From assembly GCA_003159675.1 (NCBI GenBank), contig PLQC01000074.1, positions 1-46,245 on the forward strand: 46,245 bases of DNA, read 5' to 3'. This DNA is from Limisphaerales bacterium (lineage in GTDB: Bacteria; Verrucomicrobiota; Verrucomicrobiia; Limisphaerales; BOG-1460). A model generated the notes under the pieces. The model did no database searches. It worked only from the letters and a program-made list of their open reading frames with translations, and was not told the DNA's origin. This document shows positions 9,745 through 20,200 of this stretch, piece by piece. Position 1 is the first letter of the stretch. Each line of letters opens with the position of its first letter. The translations under genes were made by a program, and so were the position numbers.

Positions 9745-11754
9745 ATGACAAACGGACCAACACCATCAGGGGGAGGGACTAAGAACCCGACTACCAGCAA
9801 GGCAACTCTTGGGTTGACGGGGTTAACCATCAATGCCATGGCGCTCATCGCCCCGGGAGCATTCTTGTGGCTGACGTTTCAGGAGCAGGCGCTGTATGGC
9901 GCGCCTGTGGCTGGCTGTGCCATGTGGTTCGGACTCTTGGCCGCGCTGCTGTTGTGCTTTGCGACGGCGGTCAGTTATTCTGAACTGTCAAAACTATACC
10001 CTGGCGCCGGCTCGTCCTACCTCTATGCCGAACAGGCGTTCGCCTCAAAAACGAAGGCGTTCAGGTTCGCGCGCGTCGTCAAGTTCTTTACCGGCTGGGC
10101 CAGCCATCTTTACTATTGGGTCTATCCGGGCTTGATGGTGGGCGTGACGGCGATCATAGCCAGTTACCTGGCGAGCATCTTCTGGCCGGACACATTCAGC
10201 GGCGTTTATAACAGCCCGCTGTTCATGTGTCTCTTCTGCGTCGTGTTCTCGCTGGGCGTTGGATACATCGCCTTCCGCGGCGTGAACGGCACCACCGCTG
10301 TCAACATGGCGATCAACGTCATTCAAATCACCGCGCTGGTGGTGTTTTCGGTCATGGCGATTTCCTATCGTACAACCCACAAGGAAGGCGCCCAGGCGAT
10401 TCATTTGTCCAATGGCACCGCCATCAATTACAATGTGGATTCGGTCAACGTGACTGATGACAAGGGCAAGCCGGTGCAAGACTCGTGGGCGGACAGTTCT
10501 CCCAAAACCGATGACAAGAATCAGCCGGTGTTCAAGACCCAGGATCGCCAGGTCACTAAGGACGACCTGGACAAGGACAAAAACAAGGATGCAGCGGTAC
10601 TGGGCGCTCTGACGGCAATGGGGCTTGGCGAAGGCGATCCGTATCCCGTGTTTCAGAAGGATGACGCCAGTAAACTGAAACTGGATAAGGACGGCCACGC
10701 CATTGCCGATCCATTCACCATCAGTTATAAAGACGCGGTCACCGGCAAATCTGGCGACGCGAAGGATCCGCTGACGTTCAACAACCACGACTCGGCCAAG
10801 TCGGTTATTTCGCCGCACGGCTTCAGCTTCGTAATCATCCAGGCGTGCATCGCGATCCTCCTGCTGGTGGGTTTCGAGTCCGTCACGGCAATGGGCGAAG
10901 AGGCGAAGAATCCGAAGAAGGACATTGGCCGGGCGGTGTTGCTGTCGCTGGCGATTCAAGGCGCGGTTTGTTACTTGTTCGAGTATTTTGCCGCGAATTA
11001 CTTTCTCAACAGCGGTTACACCATGTCCAATGCCGGCGCCTCGGGCGCGCCGCTGGGAGATATGATGATGATTGTCGGCACGTGGGCGTTCGGGAGTGCT
11101 TCGGCGGGCAAGGCATTTATGCTCGTGCAGGCCGGCACTGTGTTCCTGGCGCTAATTGGCACCACGCTGTCGTGCTTGAACACCGGCGCCCGCGTGACTT
11201 ACGCGATGGGCAAGGATGAAGAAGTTCCTTCGCACTTCGGTTTGGTGCATGGTCGCACGCTCTCGCCGCATCGCGCGGTCTGGACGCTGGCCATCATCTC
11301 CATCTTCATCGGCATCGCCACCGTAGCCATTTATCTGGGTGGCACAACCCCGGCGGCATTGGACAAGCACAACGCGTGGTACAGCTTCGGCATCTTCGCG
11401 CCGGAGACGTACGCCAAGTTGCCCAACACACTGGTCCTCATCACGTTGATCAGCAACTTCGGCACGTTCCTGCTCTACATGACCACCTGCCTGGTCGCCA
11501 TCGTGGCGTTCAAGGAACATCACAGTTTCCAAGGGTTCAAGCACTTCGTGGTTCCCATTTTTGGGCTGGTGGCGAACCTGGCGTGCATGTTGTTTTACCT
11601 CATCGGGCCATTCATGGTGCCCGGGATGAGTATTAAAGAGCCGTATATTGCGCTGGGAGTGGTCGCCGTCTGGGGAATTTACGGAACCATTTACTTCGTC
11701 CGGAGAAGCACGAAGTTGGGCAAGCCTATGCTTCTCACCACGAGGCCGGCGTAG
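9745..11754 (+). CDS. APC-superfamily amino-acid/polyamine permease with large hydrophilic insertion
   Basis: It has 12-TM-like hydrophobicity, the APC signature region GFESVTAMGEEAKNPKKDIGRAVLLSLAI, and SELSKLYPGAGSSYLYAEQAF near the N-terminus. The true start is at the MTNGP methionine. An Asp/Lys-rich insert of about 130 aa lies between TM segments. Confidence 0.8.
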   Translation: MTNGPTPSGGGTKNPTTSKATLGLTGLTINAMALIAPGAFLWLTFQEQALYGAPVAGCAMWFGLLAALLLCFATAVSYSELSKLYPGAGSSYLYAEQAFASKTKAFRFARVVKFFTGWASHLYYWVYPGLMVGVTAIIASYLASIFWPDTFSGVYNSPLFMCLFCVVFSLGVGYIAFRGVNGTTAVNMAINVIQITALVVFSVMAISYRTTHKEGAQAIHLSNGTAINYNVDSVNVTDDKGKPVQDSWADSSPKTDDKNQPVFKTQDRQVTKDDLDKDKNKDAAVLGALTAMGLGEGDPYPVFQKDDASKLKLDKDGHAIADPFTISYKDAVTGKSGDAKDPLTFNNHDSAKSVISPHGFSFVIIQACIAILLLVGFESVTAMGEEAKNPKKDIGRAVLLSLAIQGAVCYLFEYFAANYFLNSGYTMSNAGASGAPLGDMMMIVGTWAFGSASAGKAFMLVQAGTVFLALIGTTLSCLNTGARVTYAMGKDEEVPSHFGLVHGRTLSPHRAVWTLAIISIFIGIATVAIYLGGTTPAALDKHNAWYSFGIFAPETYAKLPNTLVLITLISNFGTFLLYMTTCLVAIVAFKEHHSFQGFKHFVVPIFGLVANLACMLFYLIGPFMVPGMSIKEPYIALGVVAVWGIYGTIYFVRRSTKLGKPMLLTTRPA

Positions 11755-11780
11755 GGACTGGATTTAGGGGGAATCACAAA

Positions 11781-11823
11781 CAGACCCGGCCAATGTCGCA
11801 GATGGCCGGGTCTGCCTTTTTTG
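11781..11823 (+). terminator. intrinsic terminator downstream of the APC permease gene
   Basis: An 11-bp GC-rich stem CAGACCCGGCC/GGCCGGGTCTG with a 12-nt loop is followed by CCTTTTTTTGG. Confidence 0.6.
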
Positions 11824-11892
11824 GCGGCATGAGTTTAGCCGCAGATACAGACTTCCTTTTGCGACCCAATACCCGTAACTTCATACCCACCA

Positions 11893-13653
11893 ATGAAAGT
11901 CAAATGTTACCAGCTTTCCAGTGTTGGCTCCGTTCGGGAACATAACGAGGACTTCATCGCCTTCTGGGAACCGGATGACTTTTATGTGCGTAAAGACATT
12001 GGAAGCATCGCGATCCTGGCGGACGGGGTTGGCGGGATGGGAAACGGCGAGGTGGCGAGCCGCCTGGCGGCGGAAACGGCCTTGTCCATCTTCCGTGAAT
12101 CCAAGCCCGAAACATCGCCGACAGACCTCGTTCGCCAAGTGTTCGACGAAACGGCGAGCCGGGTTTTCCAGGCAGCGCAGAAACAGGGGCAGGGGCAGAT
12201 GGCGACAACCTTGATCACCTCGATTTTCCGGCATGACAAGGTCACGGTCGCGCACGTGGGAGATTCCCGTGCCTATCTGATTCGCGCGGGGAAGATCAAG
12301 CGGCTGACGACGGACCACTCCTACACTTCACTGCAAGTGAGGCTGGGGCTGCTGCTCGAGCGCAATGCCATGACCAGCCCGCATCGTTCCACCCTGACCC
12401 GCAGCGTTGGCACCGAGCCCATCTGCCACTACGACGTTTCAGACGAGCCGTTGATGAAAGGCGACGTCATTCTGCAATGTTCGGACGGACTCTACGGCTA
12501 CGTTCTCGATGATGAAATCCTGGACCTTGTCGTCAAGTTTCATCCCGGTGAAGCGTGCAAACGCCTGATCGCCCTCGCCGATAAACGTCAGGTCAGCGAC
12601 AATGTCTCCGTCCAGGTCACACAAGTCTGGGACCTGGACCAGGCACCGGCTCCCGGTCCGACGGCGACGGCGCGCCCGGCCGGGAAGGAACTGAATGTGG
12701 GCAGCCTGCTCGACGACCGGTTTGAGGTCACCGACATCATCGCCAAGAGCGGCATGGCCTCGCTGTTCAAGGCGAACGACCGGCTGACGGGCAAGGCGGT
12801 TGCGCTCAAAGTGCCTCTGCTCCAGATCGAGAGCGACCCCGCCGGGTTCGACCGCTTCCGGCGTGAGGAAGAAATCGGGCTCCAACTCAACCATCCGGGC
12901 ATTCTGAAAATACTGCCCGTCGAGAAAAAGAGCCGGCCGTACATCGCGATGGAATACCTCGAAGGCCAGACACTGAGCGAGCTGCTGAAAAGCATCCGGC
13001 CTCTGCCCGAACCCGACGCGGTGAAAATCGCCAGCCGCGTTTGTGAAGCCCTGGATTACATGCACAAAAACGGCGTCGTCCATCGTGATTTGAAACCTCA
13101 AAATGTGATGCTCTGCAACGACGGGACCATCCGCATCATGGATTTCGGGATCGCCAAGGCGGAGAAAGCAAGGCGCCTGACGTTCGTGGGTTTCACGCCT
13201 ACGATGGGAACGCCGGACTACATGGCGCCCGAACAGGTCAAAGGCAGCCGCGGCGACGAGCGGACGGACATATACAGCCTCGGGGCGATCCTCTACGAGA
13301 TGGCCACCGGCGAGACGCCGTTTGGCGGCGACAGCCCTTACGTGATCATGAACGCCCGCGTCACGGGCGATCCCGTCGCGCCGCGGAAGGCCAACCCCAA
13401 GTTAACGCCCGTGCTGGAGGAGATCATTCTCCACGCGATGGAACGCGATCCCAAGCGCCGGTATCCCTCGGCCGCCGCCATGAAGGGGGAATTGGACAAC
13501 TACGAATCGGTCGTGATGACGAGCCGGCACAGCCGGTTACAGGCTCCGCAGATGTGGAAGTCACGCTTCCGAATGCTGCCGATGATCCTGGCTTTTGTTG
13601 TGCTTCAAATCGTCCTCTTTTTCCTGTTTATGCGGCACTTCCGCAAGCACTGA
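11893..13653 (+). CDS. fused PP2C-type Ser/Thr phosphatase / Hanks-type Ser/Thr protein kinase with C-terminal TM anchor
   Basis: Residues 1-245 carry PP2C motifs (SVGSVREHNEDF, ILADGVGGMGNGEVAS, DHSY). After a Pro/Ala linker comes a kinase domain (Gly-rich loop region, VALKV, HRDLKPQNVML, DFGIAKA, GTPDYMAPEQ). The protein ends in a hydrophobic helix (MLPMILAFVVLQIVLFFLFM). Confidence 0.8.
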   Translation: MKVKCYQLSSVGSVREHNEDFIAFWEPDDFYVRKDIGSIAILADGVGGMGNGEVASRLAAETALSIFRESKPETSPTDLVRQVFDETASRVFQAAQKQGQGQMATTLITSIFRHDKVTVAHVGDSRAYLIRAGKIKRLTTDHSYTSLQVRLGLLLERNAMTSPHRSTLTRSVGTEPICHYDVSDEPLMKGDVILQCSDGLYGYVLDDEILDLVVKFHPGEACKRLIALADKRQVSDNVSVQVTQVWDLDQAPAPGPTATARPAGKELNVGSLLDDRFEVTDIIAKSGMASLFKANDRLTGKAVALKVPLLQIESDPAGFDRFRREEEIGLQLNHPGILKILPVEKKSRPYIAMEYLEGQTLSELLKSIRPLPEPDAVKIASRVCEALDYMHKNGVVHRDLKPQNVMLCNDGTIRIMDFGIAKAEKARRLTFVGFTPTMGTPDYMAPEQVKGSRGDERTDIYSLGAILYEMATGETPFGGDSPYVIMNARVTGDPVAPRKANPKLTPVLEEIILHAMERDPKRRYPSAAAMKGELDNYESVVMTSRHSRLQAPQMWKSRFRMLPMILAFVVLQIVLFFLFMRHFRKH

Positions 13654-13657
13654 GGAT

Positions 13658-14362
13658 TCAGGCCTCGACGAAACGATACCCCACGCCGGGCTCCGTGAGC
13701 AACAGGGCAGGGGAGGCCGGATCCGCCTCGAGCTTTTCGCGCAGGCGTGTGACATAAACGCGCAGGTATTGCGTATGCTGTTCGTGTTCCGGCCCCCAGA
13801 TTTCGCGCAGGATGTGCCGGTGCGTCAGGACCTTGCCGGCGTGTTGAATGAACAGCCGCAACAGGGCGTATTCCGTCGCCGTCAATTTGACCGGCTGCCC
13901 GACTCTCGTGACCCGCCTCCTGCTGAAGTCCACGGCGAGGTTGCCAGCGCGAAAGACCGGTTCCTCCGCGCGGCCCCGATCGGCCCGGCGCAGCGAAGCG
14001 CGCAGCCGCGCCAGAAGCTCGCCGGTGTTGAAAGGCTTGGTGATAAAATCATCGGCGCCGCTGTCCAGGGCCTCGATTTTGTCCGCTTCCTCGTCCTGGA
14101 CGGTCAGGATGATGACCGGGGTCTGGGTCCATTCCCTGAGTTGTTTCAAAACCGCAATCCCGTTCAAATCGGGCAGACCCAGATCCAGAATGATGATGTC
14201 GTGCCGGCGTTGGGCGGCGGCGGCAATGCCTTCCTGCCCGCTGGCGGCGGTGGCCACCCGATACCCATTGGCCTCGAGTGTGATGGTCAATAATCGGAGA
14301 ATTTGCGGCTCATCGTCGATGAGCAGCGCGGAGATCGGTGTCTCGGTTGTCGCTGCAGTCAC
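13658..14362 (-). CDS. OmpR/KdpE-family response regulator
   Basis: A receiver domain (LLIDDEPQILRLL...DIIILDLGLPDLNG) is followed by a winged-helix output domain. Its start overlaps the stop of the upstream histidine kinase gene (ATGA). Confidence 0.85.
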   Translation of the reverse strand: MTAATTETPISALLIDDEPQILRLLTITLEANGYRVATAASGQEGIAAAAQRRHDIIILDLGLPDLNGIAVLKQLREWTQTPVIILTVQDEEADKIEALDSGADDFITKPFNTGELLARLRASLRRADRGRAEEPVFRAGNLAVDFSRRRVTRVGQPVKLTATEYALLRLFIQHAGKVLTHRHILREIWGPEHEQHTQYLRVYVTRLREKLEADPASPALLLTEPGVGYRFVEA

Positions 14363-15492
14363 AAAGTCTCTTCCGGGAGATCCGGTGCGTCGGCCGCAGG
14401 CATGCGGATGGCGAAGAGGGCGCCGCCGCCAGGGCGGTTCGCCGCCAGGACACGCCCTCCTTGAGCCTCAATGAATCCTTTTACAATTGCCAATCCCAAG
14501 CCTGTGCCGCCCGGTTTCGCAGTTGGGGCGCGATGAAACAAGTCAAAAATGCGTTCCAACTGGTCCGCCGGCAGCCCCGGCCCGCGATCGGAAACTTCCA
14601 GCACCAGATCCGGTCCTTCAATCCGGGCGCCCACTTCGATGGGCGTCCCCGGCGGCGTGTGGACGGCGGCATTCGTCAACAGATTTCCAAGGGCCTGCTG
14701 CATCAAAACAAAATCCAGCTTCACCAGCGGCAGATCTGGCCCCTTCCGCACTTCGATCGGATGGCCTGCAGTGAGGTTTTCGACGTCTCGAAGCGCCGTC
14801 CCTAGAAGGTCGGCAACATCGCACCAGTCCGGGTTGGGTTGTACCTGGCCGGATTGAAGGCGGCTCGCGCTCAACAAGTTTTGGACCACCCGGTTCAACC
14901 GGGCGCCGGCGGACTCGATTTCGGTGGCCAGATTTTCCTGCACGGCGGAGAGTCCGGCCGTAGCGCGCAGGCCCTCAGCGGCTCCGATGATGGTTGCGAT
15001 CGGGGTGCGAAATTCATGCGAAACGGAATTCAACAGGGTCCGTCCAAGCCGTTCGGATTCAAGCAGCAGTTTAGCTTTGATCTCCGCTTCGCGTTGGGCA
15101 CGCAATCGGGTGGTCAGTTGGCCGACGGTCAACGCAACGACGAAGTAGGTGACCAGCATCATCTTGTCGTAGGATCCCGCGATGTGGAACGAATAGGGCG
15201 GGGGGTCGAAGAGAAAACTCCAGCCGATGGCCGTCAATGCGGCGCTAAACAGAATCGGGCCGCGGCCCACGAACAGCGCGAGCAGAACGATAGCGAGCAA
15301 ATAAACCAGGGCGATGGCCTGGTAACCGATCCACTTCTGCAGCCACAGGTTCAGCAATGAGACCGCAACGAACGCACCGAATGCCACCTCATAATGCCCC
15401 CAACAGATCCCTTGCGGCGCAAGGATCCTCTGCGCGCCGGTGCCGGCGTTCAAAGCGGATTTCTCATGTCTCGGGGCCATTGTGCCGCTCAT
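14359..15492 (-). CDS. sensor histidine kinase resembling the C-terminal half of KdpD, without the N-terminal KdpD sensor domain
   Basis: A four-helix membrane segment is followed by HisKA (SHEFRTPIATIIGAAEGL) and an HATPase_c domain with N, G1 and G2 boxes. The protein is 377 aa. Confidence 0.8.
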   Translation of the reverse strand: MSGTMAPRHEKSALNAGTGAQRILAPQGICWGHYEVAFGAFVAVSLLNLWLQKWIGYQAIALVYLLAIVLLALFVGRGPILFSAALTAIGWSFLFDPPPYSFHIAGSYDKMMLVTYFVVALTVGQLTTRLRAQREAEIKAKLLLESERLGRTLLNSVSHEFRTPIATIIGAAEGLRATAGLSAVQENLATEIESAGARLNRVVQNLLSASRLQSGQVQPNPDWCDVADLLGTALRDVENLTAGHPIEVRKGPDLPLVKLDFVLMQQALGNLLTNAAVHTPPGTPIEVGARIEGPDLVLEVSDRGPGLPADQLERIFDLFHRAPTAKPGGTGLGLAIVKGFIEAQGGRVLAANRPGGGALFAIRMPAADAPDLPEETL

Positions 15493-15592
15493 CTGTCCGG
15501 CCCGGGGAGCTAGCCCTGTTCCGGCAACGACTTCGCAAACATCTCTAATCCATAATGCCTGGCTCGGCTCAAGGCGACACTTTTAACCTGTC

Positions 15593-15760
15593 AGCCGCGA
15601 AAGAAAAAGAACCACACAATCACCAGCATCGGCAACATGAAGGGAATGGTATAGCAGGCTACGTAACCTACGAAAGTCGGTGTATGGACCTTTTGATGGT
15701 CGGCGATGGCTTTGACCATGAAATTCGGCCCGTTTCCAATGTAGGTATTCGCGCCATGGT
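15593..15760 (-). pseudogene. C-terminal fragment of a permease gene (ion-transporter superfamily-like), no start codon
   Basis: The minus-strand frame reads ...GANTYIGNGPNFMVKAIADHQKVHTPTFVGYVACYTIPFMLPMLVIVWFFFFRG and then stops. It is membrane-like with a GNGPN-type helix-breaking motif. About 55 codons are plausibly genuine and an in-frame stop lies upstream. Confidence 0.25.
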
Positions 15761-15763
15761 CAG

Positions 15764-16140
15764 GTGGACTTCGCCGGCTCTTCGGTGGTGCACATGCAAG
15801 GCGGCGTGATTGCGCTCATCTTCGCCTGGTTGATTGGACCGCGCCACGGTAAATACGACAAAACGGGCAAGCTGGTTCACCCGATTGCTCCGCACAGCAT
15901 CCCCATGGCGATGCTCGGCACGTTCATTCTGGTGTTCGGCTGGTTCGGATTCAATCCTGGCTCCAGTCTTGCCGGCACCGAACTCCGCATCGCGGTCGTC
16001 GCCGTGAACACAATGCTGGCATCGGCCACCGGCGCATTGGGCGCGACGCTATGGATGTGGTGGGTCAAAACCAAGAAACCCGATCCTTCCATGATGTGCA
16101 ACGGCATGTTGGCAGGCCTCGTAGCCATCACCTGTCCTCC
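15764..16140 (+). pseudogene. amtB: internal fragment of ammonium transporter gene (amtB), missing about 190 N-terminal codons and the C-terminal third
   Basis: DFAGSSVVHMQGGVIALIFAWLIGPRHGKYDK...HPIAPHSIPMAMLGTFILVFGWFGFNPGSSLAG...AVNTMLASATGALGATLWMWWVKTKKPDPSMMCNGMLAGLVAIT aligns residue-for-residue with the central region of Amt proteins. An in-frame stop lies at 15719-15721, and the sequence stops resembling Amt after about 16140. Confidence 0.6.
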
Positions 16141-16275
16141 AGTTGCGGCAGCGTTTGGCCCAGCGCAAGTGATGCCCAGGCCCGCGGCCGCGGAACGGGA
16201 ATCCCTCAGATCCGCCCTTGAAAGCATGGCCAAAAAACGCTTGTCAGAATCGCGTCGGCCAAATCAGAATGCCTG

Positions 16276-17265
16276 ATGATTCTGGCTGGAGATATCGGCG
16301 GCACAAAAGTCAACCTGGCATCCTTCAACGCGGAGGATCTCCGCCTCGCTCCGGAACACCTCAGCACTTATCCCAGCCACGAGTACGCAAGCCTGGAGGA
16401 GATGGCCCTCCGCTTCGTCGCCGAACATCGCGTCAAACCCAAGCATGCCTGCTTCGGCGTTGCCGGGCCGGTGAAAAAGGGCAGGGCGGAGGTGACGAAC
16501 CTCCCCTGGATCGTCGATGCGCAGGACCTCGCCCGCGCATTGAACCTCAAACAAGTCTGGCTCATCAATGACATCGAAGCCAACGCCAACGGCATCGCCG
16601 GGCTGGTGTCCGAGGATTTCGTCGTTCTCAATCCGGGCGACAAGGACGCGGTTGGCAACGCGGCGATCATCGCCGCCGGCACGGGCCTGGGCGAGGCGGG
16701 GCTTTTCTGGGACGGCAACCGCCATCTTCCGATCGCTTCCGAAGGCGGCCATGCCGAATTCGCTCCCCGGACCGACCTGGACATCGAGCTCCTGCAGTAT
16801 CTGCGGGCGCGTTTCGGCCAGGTGAGTTGGGAACACGTTCTCTCCGGACCGGGCACTTTCCATATCTACCAGTTTTTGCGCGACACGGGCCGGGGCGAGG
16901 AACCGGCCTGGCTCGCGGAACAACTTCGCACGATGGACCCTCCGGTCGCCATCACCCGTGCCGCGCTCGAAGGCAAGTCCGATCTGTGCATCCAAACCCT
17001 CGATCTTCTCATCGCTTACTACGGCGCCGAAGCCGCGAACCTCGCGCTGAAGATGCTCGCCACCGCGGGCGTCTATGTCGGAGGCGGCATCGCGCCCAAA
17101 CTCATCAAGAAAATCCAGGACGGATCATTCCTCAAAGCGTTTGTCGGTCAGGGCCGCATGAAGAATCTCCTGTCGGCAATTCCCGTGCGCGTCATCATGA
17201 ACGACAAGACCGCTTTGATCGGCGCGGCCCGATACGCGGCCCTGAAATCAGGCCGGATCCTGTAA
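16276..17265 (+). CDS. glk: glucokinase (Glk family)
   Basis: ILAGDIGGTKVNLA is the ATP-binding start typical of Glk, and NDIEANANGIAGL also fits. The protein is 329 aa. Confidence 0.75.
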   Translation: MILAGDIGGTKVNLASFNAEDLRLAPEHLSTYPSHEYASLEEMALRFVAEHRVKPKHACFGVAGPVKKGRAEVTNLPWIVDAQDLARALNLKQVWLINDIEANANGIAGLVSEDFVVLNPGDKDAVGNAAIIAAGTGLGEAGLFWDGNRHLPIASEGGHAEFAPRTDLDIELLQYLRARFGQVSWEHVLSGPGTFHIYQFLRDTGRGEEPAWLAEQLRTMDPPVAITRAALEGKSDLCIQTLDLLIAYYGAEAANLALKMLATAGVYVGGGIAPKLIKKIQDGSFLKAFVGQGRMKNLLSAIPVRVIMNDKTALIGAARYAALKSGRIL

Positions 17266-17278
17266 TGCCTCGTATTCC

Positions 17279-20200
17279 ATGATGCTGCTGAACTCTTGGG
17301 GCCGGACGGTCGCATGCCTGGCGCTGGGCGGCTGGTTCCTGGGGATTTTATCCGGCGCCGGGGCGGCTTCGCAGGCTGATTCCCCGTATATCGTCGAGCG
17401 GGTGCCCGAGGAATGGCTGCCGCAAAGTTCCGTCATTGCGATCACGCAGACCCACGACGGCTATCTCTGGCTCGGAACCCTCAACGGTCTGGTGCGTTTC
17501 GACGGCATGCAGTGCACGGTGTTCACCGAGGCCAACACCCCGGGTCTGAACAGCAGCCAGATCGTCTGTCTCCATGAAGACAGCCGTAGCAATTTGTGGG
17601 TGGGAACCTCATCCGCAGGCATCGCCCTCATCGGAAATGATGGGTCGGTCCGAGCCTTGAAAGCGTCGGGCGCGGACGGAAGCGCACGTCTGACATCGAT
17701 TTTCGAGGACTCCAACGGCACCGTGTGGTTGAACACTGTGGACGGCCAGGTGGCGCGGTATCAACACAATCAACTCGAAGTTCTGTCCGTGCGCGCCCGA
17801 CCCATCACGGCGGAAAAATCCGGGCTCCTGTGGCTCACCGTGTGGGTGGACGGGGAACAACGCCTGTCGGGCATTACCTGCCTCTCCAACAGCTCCACGT
17901 TCGCCCTCCAGTGCGAATTGCCGGTTCGAAAGGTGGATTATCTTTTGGCCGGCAAGAGCGGCGGTTTCTGGTGTCTCGCAGATGGCCGGGTCCAGAAGTG
18001 GACGAACGGACGTCTGGACCGCGATCTCGGCCCCTATCCGTGGGCTTCCGTGGTCGTCAACGCCGCTTGCGAAGATCAGGACGGAAACCTCATCGTCGGC
18101 ACCCAGGGCGCCGGAGTTTTCTGGTATGATTCGCAGGGAAAAGCGGACCACATTTCCGGCGCCCAGGGATTGTCTCACGATACCGTGCTCTCCCTGTGCA
18201 TGGATCGTGAAGGAGATCTGTGGGTCGGAACCGATGGCGGTGGGCTGAACCGCGTCAGACGCAAGCTCTTCAGCGTCCAGGACGGCTCGCTGGGCCTGAA
18301 CATACGTTCGGTGTCAAGCGACGGGCAGGGCGGCCTTTGGTTCGCCAATTTCGGCGGGAAGCTCAACCATCTCGGCAACGGCGGTCTCGAACACTATGGC
18401 GTCACGGAAGGGTTGCTGGATTCAAATATACGGTCTGTGCTCGCAGACGGGAGCAATGTCTGGGCCGGCACAACCTTTTGGGGCATCTTCAGCCTTCATG
18501 GCAATGTCTTCCGACAGGTCCTCGGCCAGCCAGCCTCCGTCAATCCATTCGTCTCAGCCCTCTGGCAGGGTCGCGACGGCCGGTTGTGGGCCGGTACCCA
18601 GGCAGGACTCGGATGCTGGGACGGACATGCCTGGAAGGTTTTCACCACCCGTGACGGCTTGTCGGCGAACGATGTCCGCGCCATCGCGGAAAACTCCAAA
18701 GGCGACCTGTTCATCGGCACGGTCGGCGGAGGATTGAACCGCTTGCGGGACGGTCACTATGCTTCCGTCAGCCAACCCAACGTCCTTTCCACGAATGACA
18801 GCATTTCTTCGCTGTTCATGGATGATAACAACGTCCTGTGGATTGGAACCTCCGGCGGACTGGTTCGTTTCGACGGCGCCCGATGGACCTCTTACGGCAA
18901 CACGGCGCGCGACGGCCTCCTGAAAAACCGGATCGGTTATTTGCTCGAAGACGGGCAGGGTTATCTCTGGATCGGATCTTATGCCGGTCTCATGAGGATC
19001 TCAAAGAAGTCGTTGAACGACTTTGCCGAAGGATTGATCCGCGACGTCCCGTTCCGCGTCTATGGAAAAGCGGACGGCCTGCCGACGCGCGAGTGCGCGC
19101 AAGATTCCCAACCCGCCGCGGCCCGGACACCGGACGGAAAACTCTGGTTTGCCACCATCAAAGGTCTGGTCTTCGTCGATCCGTCCGAACTCAAGCCCAA
19201 CCCATTCCTGCCGCCGGTGGTGATCGAGTCCGTGCGGGTGGACGACCAGGAGCAGAACACCAACGCACTCTATCCCGCGCTCTTGGCGCCCGTCACGCTG
19301 CCCGCGAACAAGGAGCGACTGGAAATCCAATACACCAGCCTGAATCTTGCCGCTCCGGACCGCGCGCAGTTCCGATACCGGCTGGAAGGACACGAGACGG
19401 CCTGGACGGACGCAGGCGGCACTCGCGTGGCCCGCTACAGTAACCTGCCGCCGGGCCACTACCGGTTTCATGTCATCGCGGCGAATGAAGACGGGAAATG
19501 GAACGAGACGGGCGCTGCACTGGCCGTCACGGTGCTGCCGCCTTTCTGGCGAACCTGGTGGTTTCTGGGTCTGAATTCCGCCCTGCTTCTGTCCGTTTTA
19601 ATCCTCGTCGTCCGTTACGCGTCAACTCAGAAGCTGCAGCGCCAATTGGCCACCCTCAGGCAGCAGGAAGCGTTGGACAAGGAACGCGCCAGGATCGCGC
19701 GCGACCTGCACGATCAACTCGGGGCGAATCTGACCCAGGTGACGCTCCTGAGCGAAATGGCCGACGCCGACCGGCACCTGCCCGATGAAGTCGGAGCGCA
19801 TGCCCAACAAATCGCGCAAACGGCCCGCGAGACCACCCGGGCCCTGGATGAAATCGTGTGGGCCGCCAACCCGCTGAACGATACACTGGAAGGATTGATC
19901 ACGTACGCCTGCAAATATGCCCAGGACTATTTCGCCATGGCCGGATTGAGCTATCGACTGGATGTGCCGACGGATCTCCCTCGCATCGACATTCCTCCGG
20001 AACTCCGGCATAATATCTTCCTCGCGTTCAAAGAGGCGGTCAACAACGTGGTGAAGCATGCGCATGCCTCCGAAGTCTGGATCCGGCTCGTGATACAGGA
20101 CCGCGGTTTTACTATCGAAATCCAGGACAATGGCCTCGGCCTTGGGAGTCTGGATCAAAAAACGGGAAGAAATGGATTGCGGAATATGAGGAAACGGATG

